Below, piece after piece: positions 29,874 to 39,815 of a stretch of 64,000 bases of DNA. Position 1 is the stretch's first letter. Every line of letters starts with the position of its first letter. The notes beneath the pieces were generated by a model. It was not told the origin of the DNA and made no database searches. It was given only the letters and a program-made list of their open reading frames with translations. The translations under genes and the position numbers were made by a program. The stretch covers positions 1-64,000 of the IMG/VR virus record IMGVR_UViG_3300032235_001069, one strand, 5' to 3'. This stretch comes from a virus.

Positions 29874-30830
29874 ATGAAAACATTGGTGATCGATTCCCAC
29901 AAAGGTGGACCAAAACTTTCCAATAACCTACATCTACTCAATGCAAAAACAATTTCAGATCACTTGGGCGCAGACCTCATCTGGTCGTATGAAGGAGTCA
30001 ATGATAGCATTAAATCTGGCTATGACGCTATTATCTTTAATCACGCATCTCATTATTCTTTCGTGGATTATAAGTGGTTAGAAGAAAGTCCGAATGCCAA
30101 GCTTTTTTATATTACAAATGAATACAATCTGGGCGAACCTCGCGCACTTTGGATGGCTGTTAAACGTGGACGTAAGTATGATGTTATTGCAAATCATTCT
30201 CATGAGCCAAGCAAGGTAGTAATGAAGTATGTAAACAAGTGGAATATTCTTAATCTAAATTCATTAATTTATTCGCGAGTAAAAACAGACATATCCAGTA
30301 AAAATGACATCATTTATCATGGCTCATTTCGGGCCGACAGAGCAAAATATTTTAGTAAGTATCTTAGCTCTGACGTTATCGTTAGTACTCATCAGAAAAA
30401 TCGTGAAAAATTCCTGAATGCAGGAGTAAAAACAGAAAAATTTATTGATCGCATTAAATGGGACAAAGATGGACTAGCTCCATATCTTTGTTCGCTTTAT
30501 ATTGAAGATGAGAAAACGCATACTTATTACAACCATCTAGCCAATAGATTTTACGAGTCCCTAAATTATAATGTTATACCGCTCTTCTCTGAAGAGTGCA
30601 TTAATACCATTGAGCTTTCGAAGTATCCAATTACAACTGATTTAATATTTTCAAATCCTGATCAATTGAAGCAAAAGCATGATTTCGTAAAAAATAATCG
30701 AGATTATATGATTCAATTGTTGGTAAATTGGGATATTAAAGCTACACAAGAAAAGCGCAAGGCATTGGATGATATTAAATATTTAGTTTATGGACCAGAA
30801 AATTATACAGCTTCAATTAACACAAAGTGA
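29874..30830 (+). CDS. T4 beta-glucosyltransferase-like GT-B enzyme, possible DNA modifier
   Basis: DIIYHGSFR and LYIED...ANRFYESL resemble T4 BGT DVIYGGSFR and LIIGD...TLRVWETM (recalled). Confidence 0.55.
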   Translation: MKTLVIDSHKGGPKLSNNLHLLNAKTISDHLGADLIWSYEGVNDSIKSGYDAIIFNHASHYSFVDYKWLEESPNAKLFYITNEYNLGEPRALWMAVKRGRKYDVIANHSHEPSKVVMKYVNKWNILNLNSLIYSRVKTDISSKNDIIYHGSFRADRAKYFSKYLSSDVIVSTHQKNREKFLNAGVKTEKFIDRIKWDKDGLAPYLCSLYIEDEKTHTYYNHLANRFYESLNYNVIPLFSEECINTIELSKYPITTDLIFSNPDQLKQKHDFVKNNRDYMIQLLVNWDIKATQEKRKALDDIKYLVYGPENYTASINTK

Positions 30831-30987
30831 ATTAGAAATCATGAAGGAAGCTTTATGGAATTATCAACTAGAGACTGATAGAAGTTCAAGAAAGCTTGCC
30901 TTTAGATATTTAAAGGGTATTGTGGAAGAATTGACCTCAAAATCACAAAGATCAAAAGATCTTGCTGAAAGAATAAAGGATTTATAA
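30790..30987 (+). CDS. hypothetical protein
   Basis: 65 aa in the operon. Confidence 0.5.
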   Translation: MDQKIIQLQLTQSELEIMKEALWNYQLETDRSSRKLAFRYLKGIVEELTSKSQRSKDLAERIKDL

Positions 30988-31029
30988 ATAGAAAAATCAA
31001 TTTAGAAAGGCAGGGTTAATCAAATAGGC

Positions 31030-31626
31030 ATGTTCGATACAATCGCTGTGAAGGATCAACTAATTAAGCCATTAGTTGATAAAGATATTTTTGAAGCTAT
31101 TCAGAAAGATGTTGAAGATAGTTTTCTATCTTTTCAAACAAAGGATTTGGAAAACTGCTTATTCTATTACAAAATAGACGAAGACAAAAAATTAATGCAG
31201 CAAAAATATGGTTTCGTTGAAGATGAAACTGAATTTTTGGGAGGTAGATCTGAATTTCAAGAAGCTACACATGATACCCGCACAACGTATATTGAATTTT
31301 ATGATCATTTAGGATGCGTTGGTGAAGATAGTGTTTTCATTACCTTTAAGGCTCATATAGTAAAAGGTGAAATGCGGGATCTTTCTGTATTTAAAATAGA
31401 GAGAACAAATATAAAAGAACAACAAGAAGCGACCAAAAAATTTCAAGAAAGATGGAAAAAGATTCACTCAACTCCAGAATGGAAATTGCGAGATTTTCTT
31501 AATAACATCGAATGGAAAATAAATAGATTATTTTATCCAATTAGTCGCAAATACTCTTCCTTTAAAACATTTTTAAGAGACAAAGCTGAATCAAAATTTC
31601 CAGATGAGGACATTAGTAGTCGGTGA
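31030..31626 (+). CDS. hypothetical phage protein
   Basis: MFDTI...FQTKDLENCL motif seen in phage ORFs. Confidence 0.65.
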   Translation: MFDTIAVKDQLIKPLVDKDIFEAIQKDVEDSFLSFQTKDLENCLFYYKIDEDKKLMQQKYGFVEDETEFLGGRSEFQEATHDTRTTYIEFYDHLGCVGEDSVFITFKAHIVKGEMRDLSVFKIERTNIKEQQEATKKFQERWKKIHSTPEWKLRDFLNNIEWKINRLFYPISRKYSSFKTFLRDKAESKFPDEDISSR

Positions 31627-32332
31627 CATTCACCAAAAAATAGACAAAGTAGAAAAAATAATTTCTGATTGGGATGAAAAGATTATCTTTATTGGAGATT
31701 ACTTTGACGATTTTAATGACACTGTAGAAGATGCAAGAAGGACCGCCCAATGGCTTAAACAATCTTTGCAAAAGCCTAATAGAATTCATCTTATGGGCAA
31801 TCACGATTATAATTATCGTATCCGTCCTCCAGGCGCTTACTACTGCACTGGATTTACTCTGGAAAAGTATGAAGCAATTAATTTAGAATTATCTATTTCT
31901 GATTGGAGAATGCTAAAATATTTCCATCATGAAAAAGACGATACAACAACTTACTGGTTCTCTCACGCTGGCATTAGCACTCATTGGTTTAAGCATCCTA
32001 TATTGGGACTCACGACGGAAGTGATTGAAAAGAAAGTAAAGGAAGCTGATGAAGCTATAGAAAATAGACTTTTTGATAGTCCTCAAATTGCATGTTTAAA
32101 TGCGGTTGATATGTATAGAGGAGGAAGATGTCAAAAAGGAGGATTGCTTTGGAATCATTGGACTAATTGCGAAGTATTTGACGGAGTCACTCAAATAGTC
32201 GGACATACCACAAGAGAAGAAATTAAAATAAAAAGAGGAAAAGGATTTAGTTCAAAGTCGGTAAATATTGACACTCACTTAGCGCAAGTTTTAGTGATAG
32301 ATGATGGAAATTTAATTATTAAAAATACATGA
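31604..32332 (+). CDS. calcineurin-like metallophosphoesterase
   Basis: GDIH, GDYFD, GNHD, SHAG, GHT. Confidence 0.9.
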   Translation: MRTLVVGDIHQKIDKVEKIISDWDEKIIFIGDYFDDFNDTVEDARRTAQWLKQSLQKPNRIHLMGNHDYNYRIRPPGAYYCTGFTLEKYEAINLELSISDWRMLKYFHHEKDDTTTYWFSHAGISTHWFKHPILGLTTEVIEKKVKEADEAIENRLFDSPQIACLNAVDMYRGGRCQKGGLLWNHWTNCEVFDGVTQIVGHTTREEIKIKRGKGFSSKSVNIDTHLAQVLVIDDGNLIIKNT

Positions 32333-32712
32333 GCACATATAGCCAGCACGATTATCAACATAATAAAAGTCATATTCTAGTTCCTAAAGGTTGGGGTTAT
32401 GAATTATGGATAACCAATAATCATAATTACTGCGGTAAGCTATTAAAAATTATCAAAGCAAAAAAACTATCTTGGCACTATCATCTCGTTAAAGACGAAG
32501 TGATGTTTTGTCAAAGTGGAAGAGTAAAAATTACTTATGGCTGGGACAAGGATATGTCCTTAGCTGATGATATCATTTTAGAAAAAGGCGAAAGCTTTCA
32601 TATTCCTAGAGAACTTGTTCATAGAATTGAAGCGATTGAAGATTCTGAGATCTTCGAATTCTCTACAACTCATCACGACGAAGATAGTTATAGGGTAATT
32701 AAAGGCGATTAA
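32329..32712 (+). CDS. cupin, mannose-6-phosphate isomerase type II-like
   Basis: KGWGYE, LSWHYH..KDE, HRI, EFST. Confidence 0.8.
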   Translation: MSTYSQHDYQHNKSHILVPKGWGYELWITNNHNYCGKLLKIIKAKKLSWHYHLVKDEVMFCQSGRVKITYGWDKDMSLADDIILEKGESFHIPRELVHRIEAIEDSEIFEFSTTHHDEDSYRVIKGD

Positions 32713-32713
32713 T

Positions 32714-32974
32714 ATGATTTTATCATTAATTACTAATTTACTAAAATTAGCATTAGCATATTTCGAACTAAAAAACAAATCTTTTTATTATGATATACTC
32801 GAAAAATCCAGAGCCAAATGTAATCAGCTCGCAGAAGACATTGAAAAACTTCGCACCGAAGGCACTCAGTCTTCTACTGATCGCGCTGACGTTCTCTTCA
32901 TGCGTCTCAAGTCCGAACAAAAATATTCCGAACATCTTTCAGCCCAATATTCTAAGGTTGAAGCAGGGAACTGA
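32714..32974 (+). CDS. possible i-spanin-like protein
   Basis: hydrophobic N-terminus then coiled coil; overlapped by a lipoprotein ORF in another frame. Confidence 0.4.
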   Translation: MILSLITNLLKLALAYFELKNKSFYYDILEKSRAKCNQLAEDIEKLRTEGTQSSTDRADVLFMRLKSEQKYSEHLSAQYSKVEAGN

Positions 32975-33074
32975 GTTAATTACTGTAGATGGTCGATACA
33001 TTGCTCAATCTGATGAGGTTTGGCATAGCGATGCGCGTTATAGAAAATTAGAAAGAGAATCATTATATAAATGA
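32841..33074 (+). CDS. lipoprotein, possible o-spanin
   Basis: TTG start gives MKNFAPKALSLLLIALTFSS-C lipobox. Confidence 0.5.
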   Translation: MKNFAPKALSLLLIALTFSSCVSSPNKNIPNIFQPNILRLKQGTELITVDGRYIAQSDEVWHSDARYRKLERESLYK

Positions 33075-33775
33075 AAGTAGATTTAATTGATTGGATGGGT
33101 AGTGACTTGACAGTTGCGAATGCAGCTAGAGTCAGTTTTGACAAACAGTCAGAATGGGAAGTAACTGGATACGAAACGCAATTAGTTGCTGATAGAGCTT
33201 ACGCAGAATATCCAATAAACAAGTTAAAAAATGCAGATGAAAAATTAATTAAGTTTTTAGCGAAGCATAATCATTGGACTCCATTTGGTCACTGCATGCT
33301 TCAGTTTAGAATCAAGGCTCCAATTTTTGTTGCCCGTCAATTAGGAAAGCATCAAGTTGGTCTTGTATGGAATGAAATTTCTCGTCGTTATGTAGACAGT
33401 GAACCAGAATTTTATTTTCCAGAAAAGTGGAGAAAAAAGAATCCAGACAAAAAACAAGGAAGTTACGAAGATCAATTTGTAGAATTAGATTTTTCCGAAA
33501 AACTATCTACTAAAACTATAATTAATATGGTCAAAGATCATTATAATTTTCTATTGAATTCTGGAGTATGTGCAGAACAAGCTAGAATGATTCTACCTCA
33601 AAACATGTATACAGAATGGTATTGGAGTGGATCTTTGTATGCGTTCGCTCGCATTTGTGGATTGAGACTTAAGCCAGACACTCAGAAAGAAACAAGAGAT
33701 ATTGCAAACATGATTAATGATTTAGTGGCAGAAAAATTCCCAGTTTCATGGAAAGCTCTTACGTGTAAAGAGTAG
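33071..33775 (+). CDS. thyX: flavin-dependent thymidylate synthase
   Basis: ANAARVSF, HWTPF, APIFVARQ...NEISRRY, EQARMILPQ. Confidence 0.95.
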   Translation: MKVDLIDWMGSDLTVANAARVSFDKQSEWEVTGYETQLVADRAYAEYPINKLKNADEKLIKFLAKHNHWTPFGHCMLQFRIKAPIFVARQLGKHQVGLVWNEISRRYVDSEPEFYFPEKWRKKNPDKKQGSYEDQFVELDFSEKLSTKTIINMVKDHYNFLLNSGVCAEQARMILPQNMYTEWYWSGSLYAFARICGLRLKPDTQKETRDIANMINDLVAEKFPVSWKALTCKE

Positions 33776-33776
33776 T

Positions 33777-33980
33777 ATGAAAGCAATAGTATGGCTATCT
33801 CAACACAGTGATCAAATTATTGAAGCTCTTACAGCAATTGTAACTGGAGCATCAGCATTAGCCGCCTTAACGCCAACTCCCAAAGACGATACCTTTTTAG
33901 GAAAAGCTTATAAAATCATAGATTGGTTAGCATTAAATGTAGGCAAAGCTAAAGAAACAGGAAAAGAAGAAAAAAAATAA
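33777..33980 (+). CDS. holin-like small membrane protein
   Basis: ASALAALTPTPKDD...IDWLALN. Confidence 0.55.
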   Translation: MKAIVWLSQHSDQIIEALTAIVTGASALAALTPTPKDDTFLGKAYKIIDWLALNVGKAKETGKEEKK

Positions 33981-33997
33981 TATTAAATATTCATGCG

Positions 33998-34028
33998 ACC
34001 CCGATTCGAAAGAATCGGGGTTTTTTTT
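33998..34028 (+). terminator. intrinsic terminator
   Basis: ACCCCGATTC-gaaa-GAATCGGGGT followed by a T run. Confidence 0.85.
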
Positions 34029-34043
34029 GTGTAATTTAATTTG

Positions 34044-34634
34044 ATGAAGAAAATAATATTCATTGCTTCAATTTACTTTTTAATTCTAGCGGCGAAAGTT
34101 ATTTGTAGCGAAGACGAATCATTTTCAATACGTAGGGCATACATTGATGTCATTGGAGTAGTTCCAACTGCAGAAGAAATTGATTGGTATTGCGTATATA
34201 ACAAAAATAGCTATGAAATGGCAGTAGATTGGTTGTTAAAACATCCTAATTACAGTTGGAATGATATAAGCAAACAAGACGCAAGAAAAATTCTTCTTTC
34301 AAGTGAGTATAAAAACTTTAGAAAAATGCCATTATCAAAAGATAAATTAAATAAAATTATACTTTATCTCGCTGGAAGCTCTGAAGAGATTACGGACGAA
34401 TCTATTAAAAAAGCTTCAATCAAATTCATTAAAGATGCCAGAATGAGTTCAGATAATGATATGGAAGCAATTGATCATATTACATATAGATTAATGTCAA
34501 GAGTGACCAACATAGAAGAAGCGAACTATTTATCAAAATTTCTTAAAGAAAAATTAAAAATAAAATCAGAAGAAGAAGCTTGGATAGATTTATTTGATCA
34601 AATTTTACACCTTCAGGATGTAAGGAATAGATAA
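34044..34634 (+). CDS. secreted DUF1549 (PSCyt2)-like protein
   Basis: signal peptide; IRRAYIDVIGVVPTAEE...YEMAVDWLL.HPNY. Confidence 0.55.
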   Translation: MKKIIFIASIYFLILAAKVICSEDESFSIRRAYIDVIGVVPTAEEIDWYCVYNKNSYEMAVDWLLKHPNYSWNDISKQDARKILLSSEYKNFRKMPLSKDKLNKIILYLAGSSEEITDESIKKASIKFIKDARMSSDNDMEAIDHITYRLMSRVTNIEEANYLSKFLKEKLKIKSEEEAWIDLFDQILHLQDVRNR

Positions 34635-34635
34635 T

Positions 34636-35118
34636 ATGAGCCTTATAGAACAGCTTTATGACGACGAATCAGTTAAATTAATTCGTTCAATTTATAAAGA
34701 CGATCCTTCTTCAAGAGATATTTTGTTTCAATCATTTGGACAAAAAATTATAGAAAAACAAGAAACTTTCATTAATTCAAAGCCATTAGATATATTAAGT
34801 TTGATATGCATGACAGCATCTTTTGCGGATTCAAAAGAAGAATGTCAAGAAGTCGCAATGATATTTTTTAATAGATTAAAAGATGAAAATCCACTTCCAT
34901 ATATAACGGATGATCATGGATTTCTACTTGCTCAAAAAACTCTAGTCGCACTATCTCTTTACCATAAAGCAATGGAAAAAAGATGGAAATATCATGGTGC
35001 GCCATCTCCAGACTATTATAGAAGAGTATCGAAACTTGTTTTTGAAAAAAATGGCAAAAATTCTATTGCAAATCATCATGAAATGTGGGAGAATTTTTTC
35101 TCTGAAATATTTTTATGA
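34636..35118 (+). CDS. hypothetical protein
   Basis: 160 aa; TAATATG junction. Confidence 0.6.
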   Translation: MSLIEQLYDDESVKLIRSIYKDDPSSRDILFQSFGQKIIEKQETFINSKPLDILSLICMTASFADSKEECQEVAMIFFNRLKDENPLPYITDDHGFLLAQKTLVALSLYHKAMEKRWKYHGAPSPDYYRRVSKLVFEKNGKNSIANHHEMWENFFSEIFL

Positions 35119-35576
35119 TTTTTAAAAAGGGTATTGCTACAATATCAGTCGAAAAAGAAGGAGATTTTGTAAAAAAAGTATTTCAAACGCAGAACAAATA
35201 TAAAAAAGAAAGAGATTTTTATCTTTTTACTGGACATTTATTGGATTTTGTGCCGAAACTTCATAAATTTGAAGATAAAACCAAAACAATCTGGACTGAA
35301 TATTGCGGTCAATCTTTAAATTTAAAATATATATCCAAAGATCGCTACAAATTTAAACCAGAAATAAGAAAAATGGTTAAGCTTTTAAGTGATTTAAACT
35401 TATATCACAACGACATAAGATGGAAAAATATTGTAGAAAATGATAGTGGTCAGCTTTTTTTGATTGACTTTGAGGTCATTTCAAATGAGAATAGGGAAAG
35501 AGATCCAGAAAATATCCTTACAGAAAAATATGAAAAAAGTACCAACAATTCACGAACTAAGAAAAGCGGGCTATAA
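35115..35576 (+). CDS. minimal protein-kinase-like protein
   Basis: VKK...E...HNDIRWKNI...LIDFE. Confidence 0.75.
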   Translation: MIFKKGIATISVEKEGDFVKKVFQTQNKYKKERDFYLFTGHLLDFVPKLHKFEDKTKTIWTEYCGQSLNLKYISKDRYKFKPEIRKMVKLLSDLNLYHNDIRWKNIVENDSGQLFLIDFEVISNENRERDPENILTEKYEKSTNNSRTKKSGL

Positions 35577-35916
35577 AGTAAGAGTGACTCACATCAGAAA
35601 ATTCTTTCGTTTTGATCCTCAGACTGGTAAAAAGCGTACATTTTGGGCAGCTTTTCATGCTAAAAAGCATGCTCCTCTTGCAAAGCCAGAAGATATTAAA
35701 GAGTGCGAAGAATTCTTTATTGATTGTAAGGGTGGAGAAACCGTAATTGATCTAACTTCTCCAGATGGCAAGATGACTACAAAGGGAACTTCAATCTGCT
35801 CTGAAGATGATGCATATGTTAAGAGAAAAGGTATTAGAAGAGCATTGGGCCATGCAGTAAGCGCAATGGATAAACAAAAAGACGTTTACTTCTCTTTAAG
35901 GAAGATCTTTTCTTAA
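35530..35916 (+). CDS. hypothetical phage protein
   Basis: GYKVRV...KGG.T...CSEDD.Y.KRKG...AL. Confidence 0.6.
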   Translation: MKKVPTIHELRKAGYKVRVTHIRKFFRFDPQTGKKRTFWAAFHAKKHAPLAKPEDIKECEEFFIDCKGGETVIDLTSPDGKMTTKGTSICSEDDAYVKRKGIRRALGHAVSAMDKQKDVYFSLRKIFS

Positions 35917-36072
35917 GATGAAGGTTTTTTGTTTATTTTTCTATTATTTAGGCGATATATGCTCTCGATTGGGCGCATATGATTTATATGATTTTTTTAT
36001 GAGATTATCTATAGACATCTCAGATAAAAATGACTTAAATATATGGAAAATTGTTGACAAGAGTGACAAAGA

Positions 36073-36912
36073 TTAATCTTTGTTTAAATATTTAAAAAAA
36101 TAACCCTTTACTGAAGATTTTCTTTCTTTAGACAAACTTCTTGAAATTATTGAACTGTCAACTTTAAGTTCTCTCGCGGCAGTAGCTATTGAACTATAAA
36201 TAATTCCATCAGATCTTTGTATAGATTGTCCTTTGTTAAATTTTGCTTTTGATAGATTTTTAATATGCTCTTGTGTAAATTTTTTATCAATTTTTCCTAA
36301 AGAAATTTTATCTTTAGTTTGTTGAGTTCTTGTTTTACCTAAATTTTTATTTTTTCGATAAACTACATTTAAGTATTTTTCCTTAAAAAAGGAAAAGCAA
36401 AAATCTTTTTTTAAAAACCATAATCTATCTTGAGATTTTGACATTTTTTTAAAAGTAGAAGTGTATTGAGGATGGAAACCTTCTTCTATTGGTTGGGAAG
36501 AAAAATCATAATGCTTAACTTCTCCAGTAATTAAATTGTACGAAATAATTTTTTTTCTGTTATTACTTTTGCATCCCTTATTATGAGGCTGCTTTTTATA
36601 CCAATAATGATTTTTGCCATATAAAACAGCATGAGCGTCTGGTCTTGAATTAAATCCATTTTTATATGCATTTAAAAAATTTATCCAATACTGCTCTCTT
36701 TCAATTAAATTTTCTTTTATATCTTCTTCTAAAATTATGAAACTAAAATTATTTTCGCCATACTTAATCCAAGACCTTTGCAACTTTTTTGAATGATGCT
36801 TTCCCCTTTTTAAATCATTTAAATGCCTACTCTTTCTTTTTTGAAAATTATTTGTAGATCCTACATACATTTTCATTGACAATATACACTTTATTGCGTA
36901 AATTAAACCCAT
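36073..36912 (-). CDS. GIY-YIG homing endonuclease with NUMOD-type DNA-binding tail
   Basis: GLIYAI...YVGST...R...H...E...N; TKDKIS and YSSIATAAREL motifs; opposite strand to neighbours. Confidence 0.88.
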   Translation of the reverse strand: MGLIYAIKCILSMKMYVGSTNNFQKRKSRHLNDLKRGKHHSKKLQRSWIKYGENNFSFIILEEDIKENLIEREQYWINFLNAYKNGFNSRPDAHAVLYGKNHYWYKKQPHNKGCKSNNRKKIISYNLITGEVKHYDFSSQPIEEGFHPQYTSTFKKMSKSQDRLWFLKKDFCFSFFKEKYLNVVYRKNKNLGKTRTQQTKDKISLGKIDKKFTQEHIKNLSKAKFNKGQSIQRSDGIIYSSIATAARELKVDSSIISRSLSKERKSSVKGYFFKYLNKD

Positions 36913-36946
36913 ATTAGTTCTTACACTCAAAATTAATCTTATTGTC

Positions 36947-37465
36947 ATGAATATATTTGTATTAGATTCTTGTCCCAAAAAAGCAGCAGAGTATAATTGC
37001 GACAAACATTTATCAAAAATTGTCGTAGAAATTTCTCAAATGGCCGCCAATTGTTTCGATGTCAATATACTTAAATCTGCTCCACCTAATATGCTTGGCC
37101 AACCTCGCAAGCATTCTTATTTCAATCATCCTGTATCTAAGTGGATGCGGGAAACAATCGGCAACCTTCTTTGGTCTATCGACCATGCTTTCGCTCTTGA
37201 GCGGGAGCGTATTTATCGCGGATACAATCCACACTTTTCAATACGGTTTATCAATTGGGTTGCTGAGAACTTTGACAAGTCAGTAGTTCCATATGGCGAT
37301 CAAACAGAATTTGCTGTAGCTATTGCGCCTACAATGCAATGCCGTCAACATCCGTCATTCAATGACGCAAATTCAGTTGACAAATATCGTTTGTATTATC
37401 AATATGATAAACCTTTTGTCACTTGGACAAAACGCAACAAACCTGACTGGTTCACAATCTTATAA
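36947..37465 (+). CDS. pyrimidine-dimer DNA glycosylase-like protein
   Basis: MNIFVLD...DKH..K...E..QM...NHP...W...YRLYY...WTKR..PDW. Confidence 0.7.
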   Translation: MNIFVLDSCPKKAAEYNCDKHLSKIVVEISQMAANCFDVNILKSAPPNMLGQPRKHSYFNHPVSKWMRETIGNLLWSIDHAFALERERIYRGYNPHFSIRFINWVAENFDKSVVPYGDQTEFAVAIAPTMQCRQHPSFNDANSVDKYRLYYQYDKPFVTWTKRNKPDWFTIL

Positions 37466-37466
37466 T

Positions 37467-37901
37467 ATGAAAAAAATAGTAATCGCAACTGGTGGATTCG
37501 ATCCAATTCATTCTGGTCATATCGCTTATTTGAATGAAGCGAAAAAACTAGGTGATTTTTTGGTGGTTGGACTCAATAGTGATGAATGGTTAAAAAGAAA
37601 AAAAGGTAAGTTTTTCTTGTCATTAAATGAAAGATATTGTATTTTGTCCAATTTGAAAATGGTAGATTTTGCAATAAATTTTGACGACTCCGACAATTCT
37701 GCTAAAAATGCAATTATAAAAATTAGATCAGCTTACCCTGACGATAAAATTATTTTTGCAAATGGAGGAGATAGAACATCCGAAAACATTCCTGAAATGT
37801 CATTAAATGACGATAATCTAGAATTTGTTTTTGGAGTTGGAGGAAATTTTAAAATGAATTCAAGTTCTTGGATCTTAAACAAATGGAATGAAAAAAATTA
37901 A
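37467..37901 (+). CDS. cytidylyltransferase-like nucleotidyltransferase
   Basis: TGGFDPIHSGH, GLNSDEWL.RKKG, FANGGDR, SSSW. Confidence 0.9.
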   Translation: MKKIVIATGGFDPIHSGHIAYLNEAKKLGDFLVVGLNSDEWLKRKKGKFFLSLNERYCILSNLKMVDFAINFDDSDNSAKNAIIKIRSAYPDDKIIFANGGDRTSENIPEMSLNDDNLEFVFGVGGNFKMNSSSWILNKWNEKN

Positions 37902-37943
37902 ATTTTGAATTGATTTTTTTGTAATTCCAATTATTCTTTTCAA

Positions 37944-38207
37944 ATGCGCGAAAACATTATAGAAATTTCAAAAGATAAATTTGATGAGTTCTTTAAAGAA
38001 ATTTATCCCAAGCATCACAATATTGAAAGTCAAAATGTTAGCGAGATCCATCGACTATCGGCATTTGAAAAAAATTACGTAAACCAAATTTTTGAATTAA
38101 ATTATGGTTTTAATTATGCTGGAATTTCAATAGATAGATCAAATTATAATTTACTCTTAGTTGACAAAAAGTTATTTTCAGTAGCAAGAATCAAATACGG
38201 TATATGA
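37944..38207 (+). CDS. small protein, 'IKYGI' C-terminal family
   Basis: ends LVDKKLFSVARIKYGI. Confidence 0.65.
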   Translation: MRENIIEISKDKFDEFFKEIYPKHHNIESQNVSEIHRLSAFEKNYVNQIFELNYGFNYAGISIDRSNYNLLLVDKKLFSVARIKYGI

Positions 38208-38623
38208 TAAAATACATTATATTAACTTCGCTACTGTTGTCACCACCTAAAGCTGAAGGTGGTGTTCGCATTCAAAGCTTGGAGATCAATCAGCAAAAGA
38301 TTATTAGCAATAATCTTGGAATTCTGCAGCCAAGTTTAATTATTTCTTTAAATGTTGGTGATTCAATTAAATTCTATTTTCCAGATGGAACTTTTGAAAC
38401 TGGAATAGTAAAATCAAGAAAGGAAGAAAAAGATTGCATCAGAGTATTTGGTTGCATCTTAAATAAAAAAGATTCTGGTTTTGGTTTTGGCTTAACCCCA
38501 AATGCTTTTGGGGGCGCTCTCGTTTATAGAGATACGGAAAAAAATAAAATTTACGAAGCAAAATTTGACGACTTGCTAGGTGGATTTATTTTTCGTTTAA
38601 AAGTGCCAAGCGTTGAACTTTAA
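38204..38623 (+). CDS. hypothetical secreted protein
   Basis: N-terminal signal-like segment. Confidence 0.55.
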   Translation: MIKYIILTSLLLSPPKAEGGVRIQSLEINQQKIISNNLGILQPSLIISLNVGDSIKFYFPDGTFETGIVKSRKEEKDCIRVFGCILNKKDSGFGFGLTPNAFGGALVYRDTEKNKIYEAKFDDLLGGFIFRLKVPSVEL

Positions 38624-38916
38624 TGATGGAAGTCAAAATTGATTCTCTTGTTTATCAAGATTTTGTCTATCATTGGATAAAAAAAGTTAAAAAAAAGAAT
38701 CCAGATAGATTGCCAGAAGATAAGTTGGATTTACTCTACGTAGACTTTGACAGAGTAAATGGCTTAAAACACAAAGAAAGACTTTATACCAATAAATATT
38801 CTCCAGAAGATATTTTTGAAATTGTTGATAATGGAAAATATTTATTTTTCAAATTGAAAAACAACCTTGACAGTTCCGAGTTTGATGATAGTATCGAGGA
38901 AATCTATGAAAACTAA
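38623..38916 (+). CDS. small protein, divergent 'IKYGI' family member
   Basis: FEIVDNGKYLFFKLKNNL near the C-terminus. Confidence 0.55.
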   Translation: MMEVKIDSLVYQDFVYHWIKKVKKKNPDRLPEDKLDLLYVDFDRVNGLKHKERLYTNKYSPEDIFEIVDNGKYLFFKLKNNLDSSEFDDSIEEIYEN

Positions 38917-39460
38917 ATGCCTAAACGAAGAAGAAATTGCAGTTTTATTCACAGAATATTTTTGCGAACTTAAAAAATATGTTTTAAATTTTACTAGTTG
39001 TGTTGATTTTGCTGAAGATTCAGCGCAATTGAGCTTCATGAAGCTTTGTAAAAGCAAGCCATTTTTTGAAGATCAAGAATCCGCAAAACATTGGCTGAAA
39101 AAAGTTGCAAGAAATTCCCTTTTTACTTTGCATAAAAAGAATAAGAAATATATCTTTATTGATCCTCAAGAAAGTAATTCTGAAATTCAAAATCTTGAAC
39201 CAATGCTTGATATTGTCAGCGGCTTTGAAAGCCTAGCTTCTTCAGAAGAAGAAGTTTCATGCAAAACAACTTTAGTTAGTTTAATGAACAAGCTAACCAA
39301 AAAACAAAAGGAAGTTTTGCGACTTAGATATTTTGAAAATCTTACTTACGAACAAATTGCACAAAAAACAAAAAATAAAGTTACAAATGTCGGCTTTCTC
39401 CTTAATGAAGGAAAAAGAAATTTAAGAAAATTCTGGGATAGTTACGCAAAAGCTCACTAA
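38906..39460 (+). CDS. ECF-type RNA polymerase sigma factor
   Basis: region 2 AEDSAQLSFMKL...WLKKVARN; region 4 LTKKQKEVLRLRYFENLTYEQIA. Confidence 0.85.
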   Translation: MKTKCLNEEEIAVLFTEYFCELKKYVLNFTSCVDFAEDSAQLSFMKLCKSKPFFEDQESAKHWLKKVARNSLFTLHKKNKKYIFIDPQESNSEIQNLEPMLDIVSGFESLASSEEEVSCKTTLVSLMNKLTKKQKEVLRLRYFENLTYEQIAQKTKNKVTNVGFLLNEGKRNLRKFWDSYAKAH

Positions 39461-39467
39461 TTATATT

Positions 39468-39815
39468 ATGATGATCAGCTCTCAAAAAATTAAAGACGTT
39501 TTAATGACTTCGTTTGCAGTCTTATCGGTTGCAGCGGTTTCAGTTTGTTATGATTCTTATTTAACTGACAAAGAATGGAAGCAGATGCTTCTAAAAGAAG
39601 GGTATGCAGAGTACGATTCTAAAACTGGAGATTGGAAATTAAGCAAACCAGAAATTGTAATGTTTAATCTTAATGATCTGGAGAGTAAGGGTCAAAAGAT
39701 GCAGCTCAAAATTGATGATTATTTAAAAGCTCTTGAAACAGAAGTGGATAAATTTCAGAAGCAATCAGAAGCCATTATCGAAGGTGTAAAAGCCTCTAAT
39801 GGAAAAAAGAATTAA
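39468..39815 (+). CDS. hypothetical membrane-anchored protein
   Basis: N-terminal hydrophobic helix. Confidence 0.55.
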   Translation: MMISSQKIKDVLMTSFAVLSVAAVSVCYDSYLTDKEWKQMLLKEGYAEYDSKTGDWKLSKPEIVMFNLNDLESKGQKMQLKIDDYLKALETEVDKFQKQSEAIIEGVKASNGKKN

